Source: Neodothiora populina (lineage: Eukaryota). From it: a DNA stretch of 64,000 nucleotides. This document shows positions 9,520 to 22,044 of this stretch, in pieces (within the stretch, counting starts at the first letter, position 1; each line of letters opens with the position of its first letter). Below the pieces are notes generated by a model, which saw only the letters and a list, made by a program, of their open reading frames with translations, was not told the origin of the DNA and did not search any database. The stretch covers positions 1,178,001 through 1,242,000 of the forward strand of contig NW_027191406.1 of assembly GCF_041146345.1 (NCBI RefSeq). The letters are read 5' to 3'. Position numbers and translations under genes: made by a program.

Positions 9520-12500
9520 TGTTTTTTGTTTTGTATCTCCCGCTTTTCTCTTTTTGATGTTCTGCATGCTTGTATACGCTTACAATACAATACTCGTCAA
9601 TCTTTGTAGGCCATGTCATGGGCATGTATCATCACTCCTCAGTTGTGAGTAGGAGATGCAGCTCGAGTGCAGTTTTCGGGACTGTGAGAAGATTACCTTA
9701 CTACAGCATGGTACGCATCCGACGGTTCATCTGCGACAGAAATGATTGATGATGACATCTTGACCTATGTCGATGATATTAAGAATGTCGTTCTACTGAG
9801 CATTGAAGCTGTGTCAGTTGTCGCGGACAGGGTTACCCTGCATAAATCATATTGGTCGCATACCTGCTTGCAGCAGAGTCAATAGAAAGCTATCCTCGAC
9901 ATGAAGTATCGTATCGACATCTATAGGTACTGTAGCATCGCATGATAAGATAAGTGTTGCGTGTTCGACAAATCACTTTCACAGCTTTTTGTCTCTGCAC
10001 CAAAAACTCTCTGACAGGCAGGGTAGGTGAGTTGCCCTAGATCATGAGGAGTAAAAGGTAAGGTACGCGCATGAAAGTCTTGTGTTTAAAGGTGTAGCAG
10101 TTATTGAAACGTGGGCATCGTTAGTAGAACGATTTAGACGACTACGTGAGACACAAAAAATTACACGACTCGCATGCGACGAGGCTTGCCATAGATGAAG
10201 GCTATGCCACGCGCATTGTGTGAAGTCTGGCGATGTTCAAAGCTGTAGATGACATGAGCTCATACGACATGGAAATGTAGCATTGACATGTGGCCAGCCG
10301 TGGCTTTTCTTCCTGCCTATGGTGTCCAGGGCCTGATATTGGCCTTCGCTAACCGTCACGAGTGGCATAAAGGCTACCCAGTGACGAGAACATCCCCAGT
10401 GAATTGGGTTTCCCACAGTGGAACGGTGTGACCGATAACGCTCCTAACGCTCCTCAAGCGTTGGCAAACTCTTGAACAGTCTGGGTAGCGGCAGCAGAAG
10501 TCGCCTCGCTGTTCGCAAGGCTGGACTTGCAGTGGCTCTAGAGGTTGTACAAGGTTGAGATCTATGCTATCAATATTGATCCATACGGCACCAGGTCTGG
10601 AAATGGTAGGAGGACATGCTCTGCCCTGCTCAAGAACGGCAGGTGGCGGTAGAGGATGACACTATCACCTGTCAACCCTTTTTTTCCGGGTCGATTTCGT
10701 GAAGACTCGAGGTCTGAATGCTACTTTCTCGGAGCAACCTGCTCGCAGAATGTGGTCTGTGGCGGCACTATTGGTGTGAAGACTGGATGACCCACTTTGC
10801 CCAACGAGAGTGCTTGTGGATTCCAAGATCTGCCGTTTACCCCGTGTCTCGGAAGAGCTGCGTGGGGTCAGTAAACTGTGCTTGCTGCAGTAAATGACTC
10901 GAGACATATTCCCGAACATAGGCTCAACTTTCGAGTGTACACTTTGTGCAATTGATCAGCAAGTGAGGCTGCCGTGATATTGGCATTTCGTTGGCAACAA
11001 TTATTATGTATTTAGATTGTCTCCGCTCTTCAATTCAGGAAGCCAAGAAAGTCGAAGAGCTCGGCGCTGGCGACAACAGCGCGGAGGGGCTCAGCACGGA
11101 GAGGGTGGTGAAGTCCGCTCGGTTGTTGCGGCAGCTGTCAAAGATAGAGGCTTGAAGAGGATGAACTTTGTTTTGAGCCTTCATGTTCATACTTTTGTTG
11201 CTGACCTCTCGCAAAAACATAGTGTAGCTAGCTTTGGCTGCAAATTTACGGGAGACCTATGAGGCCATCAGGACGCGCAGTGTCGTTGCTGGGCACCAAG
11301 CAAACAAGGCTACATAGTCAGAATACAGATACAGAGTATCTTTTTGCAAGGCGATATGTATGACAGACGCTCGTTGTCCTTTGGTGGACCGAATCATAAT
11401 CAGTTGAAGTCAGATTGCAGTAGAATAGCACTAAGTACCTAAGTAGACATCGCAGGTCCTCGGGGAATAAATTCTCGTGAGCGGGTGGCTGCATTGAGAC
11501 CACTATATAGCAAGGCAATTTATCCAAGAATTACCTTTCGCTCTTCGGGTACCTGGCTGTGCCTGGCATGTGAGAGTACATTCCCGCCCAACCCTTACAG
11601 CGCAACCTTAACATACACATTCGCTTCAAGGTAAAGCGTCGCATTCTCAGGCTAGCTTGATCTAAACTCGCATCACGTTACTAGATATGCATTCGCGCGA
11701 CATGATGTGGACAGTAAGGCTCGACAAGACAAGCAATGTGTTATAGCCTATAGGACTAACGCCTGCGTTTATACGCTAACAAGCAGAGAAACCTTAGTGG
11801 AACTTAGATTCCTTCACAATTGATGCCAGGTACCATGTTGATTTCTATTTCGGTCCTTTCGAGAGCTAAGGCACGAGTTCGAAAAACCTTCTTGCTTGAG
11901 TAACAGAACAAATGCATCGAAAATCCGTATGTAGTTCATTCAGACCACGGAACCCTAGGTAAACAGCATTCGTAACACTACCCTGTTTGTAAGTAAGATG
12001 GCAGGACTGAATGACTGCGCCAGGCTTGTATCAGCTGTACCGAAGGAGAACTATCTGCATCTTGTAGACACGTAAGGTTGAGACATTATACATGACCACT
12101 TGGCCACGTTTATGTAGACTCTTTCTGCTTGCACGGGTGCTTGTGTATTTGGCACGACTATCTGAACTCGTGCCGTGCGTTGTACTAGTAGTGGGTGATG
12201 TAAAACTAGGCGTGGCTGTGTGAGAGCTCAGCGCAATTGGCAAATTTTGGTAGCAATGGCATAGTGGATTCGGATGGTCTGCTAGTGCTACCTATGGCAG
12301 CATAGCAGTAGGTAGGTTGAGCTGGGCAGGCATAAGGCTACACTACACCACCAACTGCTGGTCAGAAGCTTTTCCCATCTTATCTTGACTCAGGGCCAAG
12401 CAAATCCCAAGTCGCGATCGCCAACTTTACGGACAAAGCGCGCCTTTATTGCAATAGCACCGATTTCTCCACTTCTTTATTTCAGCCTTCCCGAGCGGAG

Positions 12501-13236
12501 AGCCGTTACACGTCCATCGAGCACGCTGTGTCGTAGGAAACGTTCACACTGATCATGGCACAGACGTGGAAGCAAATATGTTCAAATTGAAAAGAGATGA
12601 AGGTGAGAATGCATGGGAAGCGTGAGAGAAAGGGTACTTGCGTTCGGGTCTGGTTCAGGATGTCAGGTCTGCAGTACCTCTGGTACTTGCCATTGGAGCA
12701 AAATGTCCGATGCAGTCATCTACACGCATACCTTAGCCATGCTTTGGAAACCCGTCACGGGAGGCAACTCGCTACGATCCATTCCAATGGTACCGGAGAT
12801 CCCTCCCTCAGCCGTAGTGTTTGAGGACCATGCGGATAGTGGGCCACTTGACGCCTCAAAGCGAAGGATGTACCAGATGCATGAGCAGCAATCCTCGATT
12901 ATTCCACATTGGGAACTCTGGAAGCATTAGACGCATATTAGGATCCATATCCGTGCCACAATTAGTGACTCGGCATGGCAACACTAGGTTCAATTTCCCA
13001 AAAAGCTCGTCTGTCAATACGACCTGCTAGAGTGTTCTTGTGGTGCCGTGCAATATGGCTCCAACAACTATTATATAGATAGTCCTCGACATCCTCGACG
13101 GGAACTTGAAAGTCCATCTCGATTCCTTTCAACTCACTCCATAGGCTCCATTCGCTCAGCCACTCCATGTGTTCCTCTTTGCATACTTTGTTTTAGTGTA
13201 CTGCTGCTGTATATTCTTCCTCGCACTCGGATCGAG

Positions 13237-16200
13237 ATGAGAGTAGTTTTCTGGTCGATCGCACTATGTGCGGTAGGCGCCCTTGCAGCCCCGAATTCAC
13301 AACAGATCAGACGTGCCTCGACCAGCCAGGAAGGTAGTTGTGGTGCCTCTAATGGCAATACTTGCCTGGGTTCTTTTCTCGGAGACTGCTGTTCATCAGA
13401 TGGACAGTGTGGCAATACCAACATCTACTGCGGTCAGGGATGCCAGAGTGATTATGGTAACTGTACAGGTACGGTCAATGGACTCATGATCTCCAATGAT
13501 GGTAGTTGCGGTAGTGGTGTCACCTGCCAAGGTTCTATATATGGTGATTGCTGCTCAGAGTATGGGTTCTGGTAAGTGTCTTGGTTCGCATCTTCATTGG
13601 CAAAGTACTGACGGGCGAAGCGGATCCACAAGCGACTACTGTGACACTACGTGTGATGACTCGTCCGGTCTTTGTGGGACAACTACCTCATCTGCTTCAA
13701 CAACAATCCCGACTGCATACGGCAATTCAACAACGACTACACGCGCTTTGGCAGCTTCGACAACCAACCCTACCTGCCCAGTTTCGAATGGCACAATCTA
13801 CATTGCCTCAAGCTTGAATCAGTATGAGGTCGAGTGTGGATTTGACCGTCCCGGAAATGACATCAAGATGGTCTCAGTATACTCCAATACTATCTCCGGC
13901 TGCGTCACTCAATGTGAAGCTACAAACGGCTGCGTGTACGTGCACCAAAAGGCTTCATGGAGACTATCGAGCTAATCTCAAGTCTAGCGATATCATCATG
14001 AGTGGCACCAGCTGCTACTTAAAGAACAAGGTTGGCAAACCGAAGAAAAGTGCCAACTTGAGAGGTGCTAGATTGTTCAAGCGTGGACCGTCCCCAAGCA
14101 ACACCTTTACCACTGCAAGTTCGCCTACTACCTCTGCCTCATCAACATCAGCGACGGCCTCTTCTACGTCAGGCACTATCACGTTAACAGGAGCCAGTTC
14201 TACGTCGAGTGGAACTTCTGCTACGTCGCGTGAAGGTTCTGCTACATCAACAGGACCAGCACCAACTTCTATAAACCCGACATGTCCAGCTTCCAACACG
14301 ACTGAGTTCGTCGCCTCGAGCGGAGCTATCTTCCTTATTGAATGCTACATGGACCGCGTTGGGAACGACATGGGTGCAGTACAGATTTACTCGAACAGAA
14401 TTACAGACTGTATCAACAAGTGCGACTCTACTCAAGGGTGTATCGATATATCCATGTCCGGTGAGTCAATATGTGAGAGACTGCAGTGGAAGACGTCTAA
14501 CAAGTTCAGGAACCTCATGTTACATGAAAAGTCAGGCTGGGAGTTACTGGTCCAGCAACAAACAGGTTCGAGGTGCTCGTATGATCTCTGCTGCACCTTC
14601 GCGCAGCAGCACTATGGGCAGCTCTTCCTTGGTGTTGAATAGCAGTAGCTCTTCTGTCGTCTCTGCTATGCCATCTGGTAGTGCCAACTTGACTAGCTCG
14701 AGCGCATCAGCGACGAGCAGCTCATCTAGCGCTGCTGGTAGTAGCAACATCACCAGTAGCACCGCTGGTAGCACCGTGGGCAGCATTATCAGCAGCACCA
14801 CCAATAGCACTATCAACAGCAGTGTCAGTTCAACTTGGGCATCGGGTTATCCGCATCCAAGTGCGAACATTACTTCTCTACCCACAGGCACCGGAATCTC
14901 CTCTAGCACCTCACTGTCACTGAGTACTGGAGCCTCGAGTTATGTTCAGACCAGTGGTACCAGCTCTAGTGTACCATATGGCAATGACACTGAAACAGGA
15001 ACTTCCAAGACGGTTAGCCCAACTGCGCCGATCGGAACGGGAAGCTCTTCTTCTCTACCTCACGGCACCGGAGCATCAAGCGGTTCATCTTCCAGCACCA
15101 GGAGTGTCCCTTATGGCAATGGCACTAGCATCGGTGTCTCTGCTGGCCCTACCGGCACCGGAGCTAGCTCATCCATCCCACTGGGTACTGGAATTACGTC
15201 TGTGCCAGGCCCAACTAACAGTACCACCTCGACATCGATCACAATCCCCTTGACCACAGCACCACTGACCACTGGTGCGTCATCTGGAGGTTCCATACCA
15301 ACTTCCAATGACACTGGATCCTTTACCAACTCTACGACTATAACCAGCAGCACAACTGCTGCAACCTCAACCACTTCATACGCATTCCTTCCTGGCGGTA
15401 TCTCCTCTGGCCACCCACTAGCGTCGAACACAACCGCATGCACCACCAAGCCAATCTCGACGGGAACTTGCAACCGATGCGAGGGACAGCCCGGGACCGA
15501 TAGGTTCTGTGGTTACACTGCCTCCGACAATTCCTACGATGTCATGCCCAAGACTTGTAACACGGTCGAGTACAGTATCGATCTCACAGAATGTACTGTA
15601 TCTCCCGATGGTCTCGCACGCAAGGCTTTATGCGTCAATGGACAGACACCTGGACCGCTCATTAAGGCTAGCTGGGGCGATACCGTTGTCGTCCATGTCA
15701 CCAATTCCATGTCGAAAAATGGCACTTCAATCCATTGGCATGGCATGCGTCAGAACTACACCAATGAAATGGATGGCGTTGTCTCCATCACTCAATGTGC
15801 TCTAGCACCTGGCCAGAGTCAGACATATACATTCAAGGCTACCAACTACGGCTTTTCATGGTACCATTCTCATCTCACGCTCCAGGCATATGAGGGATTG
15901 TTCGGTCCAATGCGCATTCACGGCCCCGTCTCTCAGTCTGCCGACGCTGAGGCGGGTAACTTGATCATTCAAGACTGGTCGCATGTCCCTGTAGATGACA
16001 TGTATATCGATGCTCAGATCAACGGAGTCCGCACAATGGATACTGGCCTGATCAATGGTATGAACGTATGGGGAGACGATGGTTCCTCTAATCAGACCGG
16101 GCAACGCTACACGGTGCCTACCAGTTTTGTGCCTGGACAGAGCTACCTGTTCAACATTGTCAACACGGCCATTCAATCCACCTACAGGTTCTACATCGAC

Positions 16201-17195
16201 GGACATAAGATGACGGTCATCTCGGCAGACTTCGTCCCGATTGTGCCATACGAGACGGACGTTCTTAGCATCAACATCGGCCAGCGCTACCAAGTCATCG
16301 TCACAGCTGATCAGGCCGTCGGAGATTACTGGCTGCGCTTCGATAATCAAAACGCATGTGCTAGCACTGTCAAGTCTGACAACATCAAGGGCATAATCCA
16401 TTACGCGGGCAGTGCAGGTGGCCTTCCCACTTCGACTGCGTACAACTACACTCGCAAATATGCAGGCGATCAGATCCTCGGAGAATGCAAGGACGAAGAG
16501 CTGTCCAATCTGATCCCATACTCACCCATCGATGTTGGCACTCAGACGACCGAGGTCGGACATAACGTTGTTGTTTCAAACTCGAACAGTCTGAATCTTT
16601 ACAGGTGGTATCTAGATGGTACCACGTTTCAATCCAACTGGGCGGACGCAACACTTTATGGCATCTACAATAATGACACAATTCCTGACTATTCCGGTAA
16701 CCTTGCCATCGAGTTGCCGAACCTGGGAGAATGGGTCTATGTCATCATCGAGTCTCCTGTACCGTTGGGTCACCCGATCCACTTGCACGGCCATGACTTC
16801 CACATTCTGGCAAGAGGATTCGGTACCTACAACAGTGGTGTGGAGCTGAACCTCAAGAATCCTCCTCGTCGTGATGTTGCGTTCATGCCTGGCGATGGTC
16901 CGACCGGACAGGGTGGCTTCCTCGTGCTGGCATTCCTGACTGACAATCCCGGAGCTTGGCTGATGGTGAGTAGCTCTTCTGCATGTTTTTATGGAGAGCG
17001 ATAAAGCTAACGAAAATTGAATAGCACTGCCACATTGGCTGGCACGTGGCCATGGGATTTGCTCTGCAGTTCATCGAGGGTCAAGATCTCATCAAGGACA
17101 CCGTGACCGACTCATGCATGCTCAACGACGTGTGCGATACCTGGCGCGACTGGGCCGACGAGTACAGCATCCACACTGACGACTCCGGTGTGTAG
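13237..17195 (+). CDS. Modular secreted laccase-like multicopper oxidase (AA1): signal peptide, 2x hevein/CBM18, 2x PAN/Apple-like, Ser/Thr-rich stalk, 3 cupredoxin domains (~1249 aa)
   Basis: Exons 13237-13571, 13621-13935, 13988-14460, 14510-16965 and 17025-17195 total 3750 nt in one frame; all introns GT-AG with branch sites. Cu motifs HWHG, WYHSH, HPIHLHGH and HCHIGWHVAMGF; C-terminal DSGV typical of ascomycete laccases. Confidence 0.9.
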
Positions 17196-18532
17196 ACGTG
17201 CGATCTTGTCGACACTCAGACTGTACATAGTGCTCTGGCACATGCATATGTGTTCTTTTACTTTCTTCGCTCCAACAGAGCACGCCTGTTAGGACTTTTG
17301 TTCATACCCGACCAGGATTTTTGTTTGTTCGATTTGGTTCAGTACGAGAGGGCAGCAATTCAACAGGGGAAAAGGTGTTGATGTGTAGATGTGGTTGCTA
17401 ATGTATATGTTTTCGATGAATTTGTATCGTTTATGCTGGCTTCGTTTATGCTGGCCTCGATAGTCTCGATAGAGTGGGTCCTGACACGGGTATTCATTAC
17501 CTTATGTTCGAATACAGGAACGTTTGCCATGCTGTATAAGGTCGATACCTAAGGGAGTTTGATATGTGCCGCGACGGGCGACTTGGTGTTTGTATAAAGT
17601 ATATGACTCGTGCGGATCAAGTCGAAGACCCACCTGCAGCAGCGTCATCAGCCCCTATCTCATCAACAAAGGGCAAAGGGCGGTTGGCGGCGCGCTTAAT
17701 ATTAAATGTGCTACAGATTCGTGAGGCACCAGCACCGACCAGGGCTGACACGACTATACAAACGCGCTAGAGACTTCCGCAATGCACGGCATCATCCCTG
17801 AACATGGAAGAAGGCTGTACAAGTGCTGAAAAGGTGATTTACACTGAACAAGACACTATACATCGGATTTTATGTCGAGGCACAGAGGTGACAAGAATAG
17901 CGACAAGTCCCTGTTCATCTTGTCTATTTCGTCAGTCAAGACTCTCTGTCTAGTCCATCTCTAGTTCGTACTTCGAACTCTAGTCTATCCTGAGTCATCC
18001 CCAGTCAACTCCACCTCACCCGAGTCAACTCACATTCGTTGTTGTTATCGCCCGTTGTGCCTGGAGCGCGTCTTTTTACCCTATTAACTTCCGATTTAAT
18101 TGATCCTCCCCTTCCCCTCTCTTTTGGTCCCTAGCAACTGCCACAAAAGAAAAAAAAATAAGCAGATAGCAACATCACTCCTTTCGCGCTTGTTTTCTTA
18201 TTGCGTTTTGTTTCGTTTCCTCCACTCGGGCGTCTCATCTGTTATTCGACCGCGGCCTTCCGCCCGCCAACATACTGTATATCGCGAGCCTCACCGACTA
18301 CTTCTCACATGTTACACCAGACCGGAGAGAGTATGTGGTAGCGACATATAATTCAGCACGACAAGGACACTATTTAGGATAAGGCAGCCATCGGGCGAGA
18401 CTCTGGACGGAAGATTGCTGGCAATCTCATCGCTGCTTATTCAACCAATCATCAATTCACCTGCATCTTGATCTTCTACCAGAGCTGGACACTGTCACTA
18501 TCTCTAGCAAGCCAGTCGTCGCTTCTACAACA

Positions 18533-21425
18533 ATGGACAACCAGACTGTAGAGTTTCCTCTCCCTACGCCCTCGCTGTCTGGCCATGCAGCATCCGACTC
18601 TTTAGTCAGCGTACCTCTGTCCGACTCGGTCCGCTTCTCCGTCACCACCTCACAAGCCCGGGAGCCCGACTCACCGACCGCACATCAGGACGAGGAAGAT
18701 GAAGAGTACATGGCGTCGCTGTTGGCGAGATTGGAGATGGAGAACAATGCCCTGGCAACAGATCCAAAGAATGCAGCTGTACGATCAGTGTCCATGTCTA
18801 CACAGAGCCCTGCACGTGACACAGATACGAGCTCTATACACCCCAGTCTACATGTTCCCCCGGAAGCCCTTGGAATGAGTCTCGGCGACTTCTGGTCTTC
18901 TGTGGTCAGAGACTACCCTGAAGCCCTAGCCTCTATGCCGACTCTGACACCCATCATGATTCGAAAGGGCGTTCCAGACTTCCTTCGCCCAGTGGTATGG
19001 GGCAGTCTTGTCGGCGCGCGTGATCTGGATCTATGCTCCGAGTTCCAGCTATTGCTTGAGCGTCTTGAGGTCGAGCATTCGAGTATCGATGGAATCATTG
19101 ACAAGGACCTCGGCCGGTGCTTTCCCACACACGAACTCTTCATGCACCCCTCGGGAGAAGGTCAGCGGATGCTTGGTCAGGTGCTCAAATGCTACAACCT
19201 GCACGATCCAGAGATTGGGTACTGCCAGGGCATGGGGTTTGTTGTCGGCATTCTTCTTATGAAGATGGAGGCCCAGGACGCCTTCTGCGTATTCGTCCGG
19301 TGAGTGGCAAATGGGCCCGTGCAATTCCTTTCTACCTGCGTGCTGATTTGCTTTCAGACTAATGGAGACCCACGGTCTACGCAACTGCTACTCCAAATCA
19401 CTATCTGGACTACACCTACGGATCTATCAATTCCAGCAATTACTAGCTCCCTTGTCTCCTAATCTCCTAGCCCATTTCAAGAACCTCGGTGTCGAATTTG
19501 CCTATCTCTCACAATGGTTTATGACCATCTTCGCCACCACTTGCCCGCTGGATACATTGTTCCGCATTTACGATGTTGTACTAGCCGAAGGAGCAGACGA
19601 AACTATCATGCGTGTGGCGCTTGCTCTCATCCTCAAAAACGAAAACAAGCTATTGGACATGACTGAAATTGAAGATGTGCTCCAGCTGCTTTTAGGAAGA
19701 GGCATCTGGGACCCTTACGAAGGAGGAGCAGATCAGCTCGTCGAAGAAGTCACAAGTCTATTCGGTCAAGTTGTCACCAGGACTGTCTTGGACAAGCTTC
19801 ACAAATCGTTCCTCAGGGAGTCCGAGGGTCCGGCAGCGGAGAAGACCGCCCGCGCTCTCGGATTCGGTAGTCTTCACGGGAGTGCATTCAGGCTCTTTGA
19901 CAACTGGTGGGCACCGTCCAAGTCTACATCTCTATCGCCAGCCGGATTCCTCCGACGCACCACATCCAAGCAATCTCTGTCGACATTGAATTCTTTGTCG
20001 GGTGGAAGTGGCGCCGATAGCTTAGCGAGCACAGATAGCTATGCCAGCACAGCCCCGACCGAGGTCGAGCGCAACCCCGAAAGGGACAGCGCAACACCGA
20101 CGAAGATGCATCGCTCTGTGCGTCAAGAAGACCGCAGCCTGCATGAGCAGGTCGAAGGTCTTTTGATGGCTCTGAGTGAAGTACAACGGGAAGCTGCACA
20201 GACAGCCGCTGATCTGCAGAAAGAACAAGAGAAACGCGACAAAGCCCAGAACATAGTCGTGGACCTCATGAAGCTCTTCCATCAGAAGAACACCGTTGAT
20301 GCATACACTCATCAGCGCCGCATTACCTTGCCATCACGCATCACCGCCGAGCAGTCGAGTGCTGAACGAAAAGAGTTCCGGCGAAGGTCCAATTTTGTCA
20401 AGTCAGTAACGAAGAGTATAATGGCTGGTAGTGATCCTGCACTTGACAACAATCTTGGACTCCAAGCGTCACTACTGAAGCTGTGTGCATTGTTCGACGA
20501 GGAGCAATCCATGTCCCAGACCAGGATAGCTGCGTTCACCAAAGATGCGCCCATGTCTGATGAAGCTTCCACTGAGGCTCAAATTCTTCAACTCGAAGAC
20601 GAGCTCGCTGCTCTCCGTCAGAAAATGCACAATGACCGAGCTCGGCGCGACTCGAAGCGAAGCGCGGATTCAAAGGGACTACGTAGCTCAACAGACCCCA
20701 TCGACAACTCCTCAGAGCCAATTCGAACTCGCCGGGATCTTTACTCACGCCAAGGCTCAGTCAGAGATACATCACCTGTCACTTTACGAGCGCCAGGACC
20801 TCTATCTATATCAGTTCCTCGTATGCGGCCACACCATGCCAATTCCTTTCCCCAAAACTCATCTCCCGTCTCACGAAGTGCCTCACCTCGTCCTCGGATG
20901 ATCAAGACTCAAGACGGTCGGGAGACACCAGCACCTCAGAAATTCACTAAGCGAACGTCGAGTCTGGTCTCGCGGAACATTCTGGCCACTCCCGATCAAC
21001 AGACACCACCCGACGAAACCTTGCTCGTTGAGCTCGTGGCAGCCAAGACACGCGAAGCTACCGCCATCCAGGAGCGGGACGAAATGAAGGTCCAGCTTGA
21101 CAAGATGCGGCGTATGCAGGAGGCTCGCGAGCATGAACTCCAGGGACAACTGGAGAGTGTGCAAGCTATAATGGCCGCACAAATGGAAGCGCACATGGTC
21201 GAGTTGGAGCGGCTGAAGTCCTTCTATGCCGCAGTAGGCGGTGCCATCAGTCCTGGAACTGCAGGCAGCCTAGGTCCGTCACCCGCGCCAACGCATGAAC
21301 CAGTCGCGTCTGCTGCGGGTCAGAGCAAAGGATGGGGCTGGTTTGGTAAGGGAAGGACAGCCAGCACGCTCAGCACGATGAGTACTACCAGCAATGGAGG
21401 TGGTGCAGGCACCGCTACTTCTTAG
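18533..21425 (+). CDS. TBC-domain Rab GTPase-activating protein (Gyp5/EVI5-like) with C-terminal coiled coils (~944 aa)
   Basis: Exons 18533-19299 and 19358-21425. GVPDFLRPVVW, Arg finger IDKDLGRCFP, Gln finger YCQGM, YLSQWFMTIF; C-terminal LVAAKTREA coil and GWGWF. Confidence 0.9.
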
Positions 21426-22044
21426 CACTTTTTCTCGGGATTTCCCAATACAACTTTACCGTTCATTTCTTGTGGCAAGTACACAGGCGACACGAGTTGA
21501 TATCTGTCAGTCATTTGGGAAATTTTCTATGTATAGAATGGCTTATATGAGCCCGGGGCGCGACGGACATATAGGAAGACGGGAAAGTCCGTAATGTATC
21601 CTATATTGCACCCTACGCTCTTTGCTCGTCTTCAAGCTATTGCGCATGACGCAATGAAGCGACTCATCGAGCATTTAGTCTACTATGTCTACAACAGCTA
21701 TGGGGCAACTAATTTGGGTTGGGTGTTGGTTGAATCACGAGATGTACCATACATAATTGTCCCATGTAAACAAGCACTGAACTCTATTAATCAAGGATTA
21801 TGTATTGTCCAAAGTACCGGCATGCTGCCAAGTAGAGCATATGCAGATGCGCCTGTGCACCTGAGCACTGCCAAGACAAGTGACAGTTGTACAAAGTAGC
21901 TCATCGTGCAGGTATGAGGGCCCCATCAGAATACAGGACATTTCAATGGGAAGCAGATTAACCAGATGAACCTTCGACCTCGGACAATGGTCCGGAGAAT
22001 ACCACGAGCTGTCGCACGCGAGAGAAGGGTGGCAAGTACTGTGC

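Noticed and set aside
9749..9799. ATGATGA...CTGA resembling a box C/D snoRNA
   Set aside because: Only about 50 nt between the boxes, no terminal stem, no rRNA-complementary guide that I can recognise.
16453..16480. Possible hidden intron in the laccase (RKYAGDQIL insertion)
   Set aside because: Too short for an intron, no GT donor, and the frame is open, so it is treated as coding.
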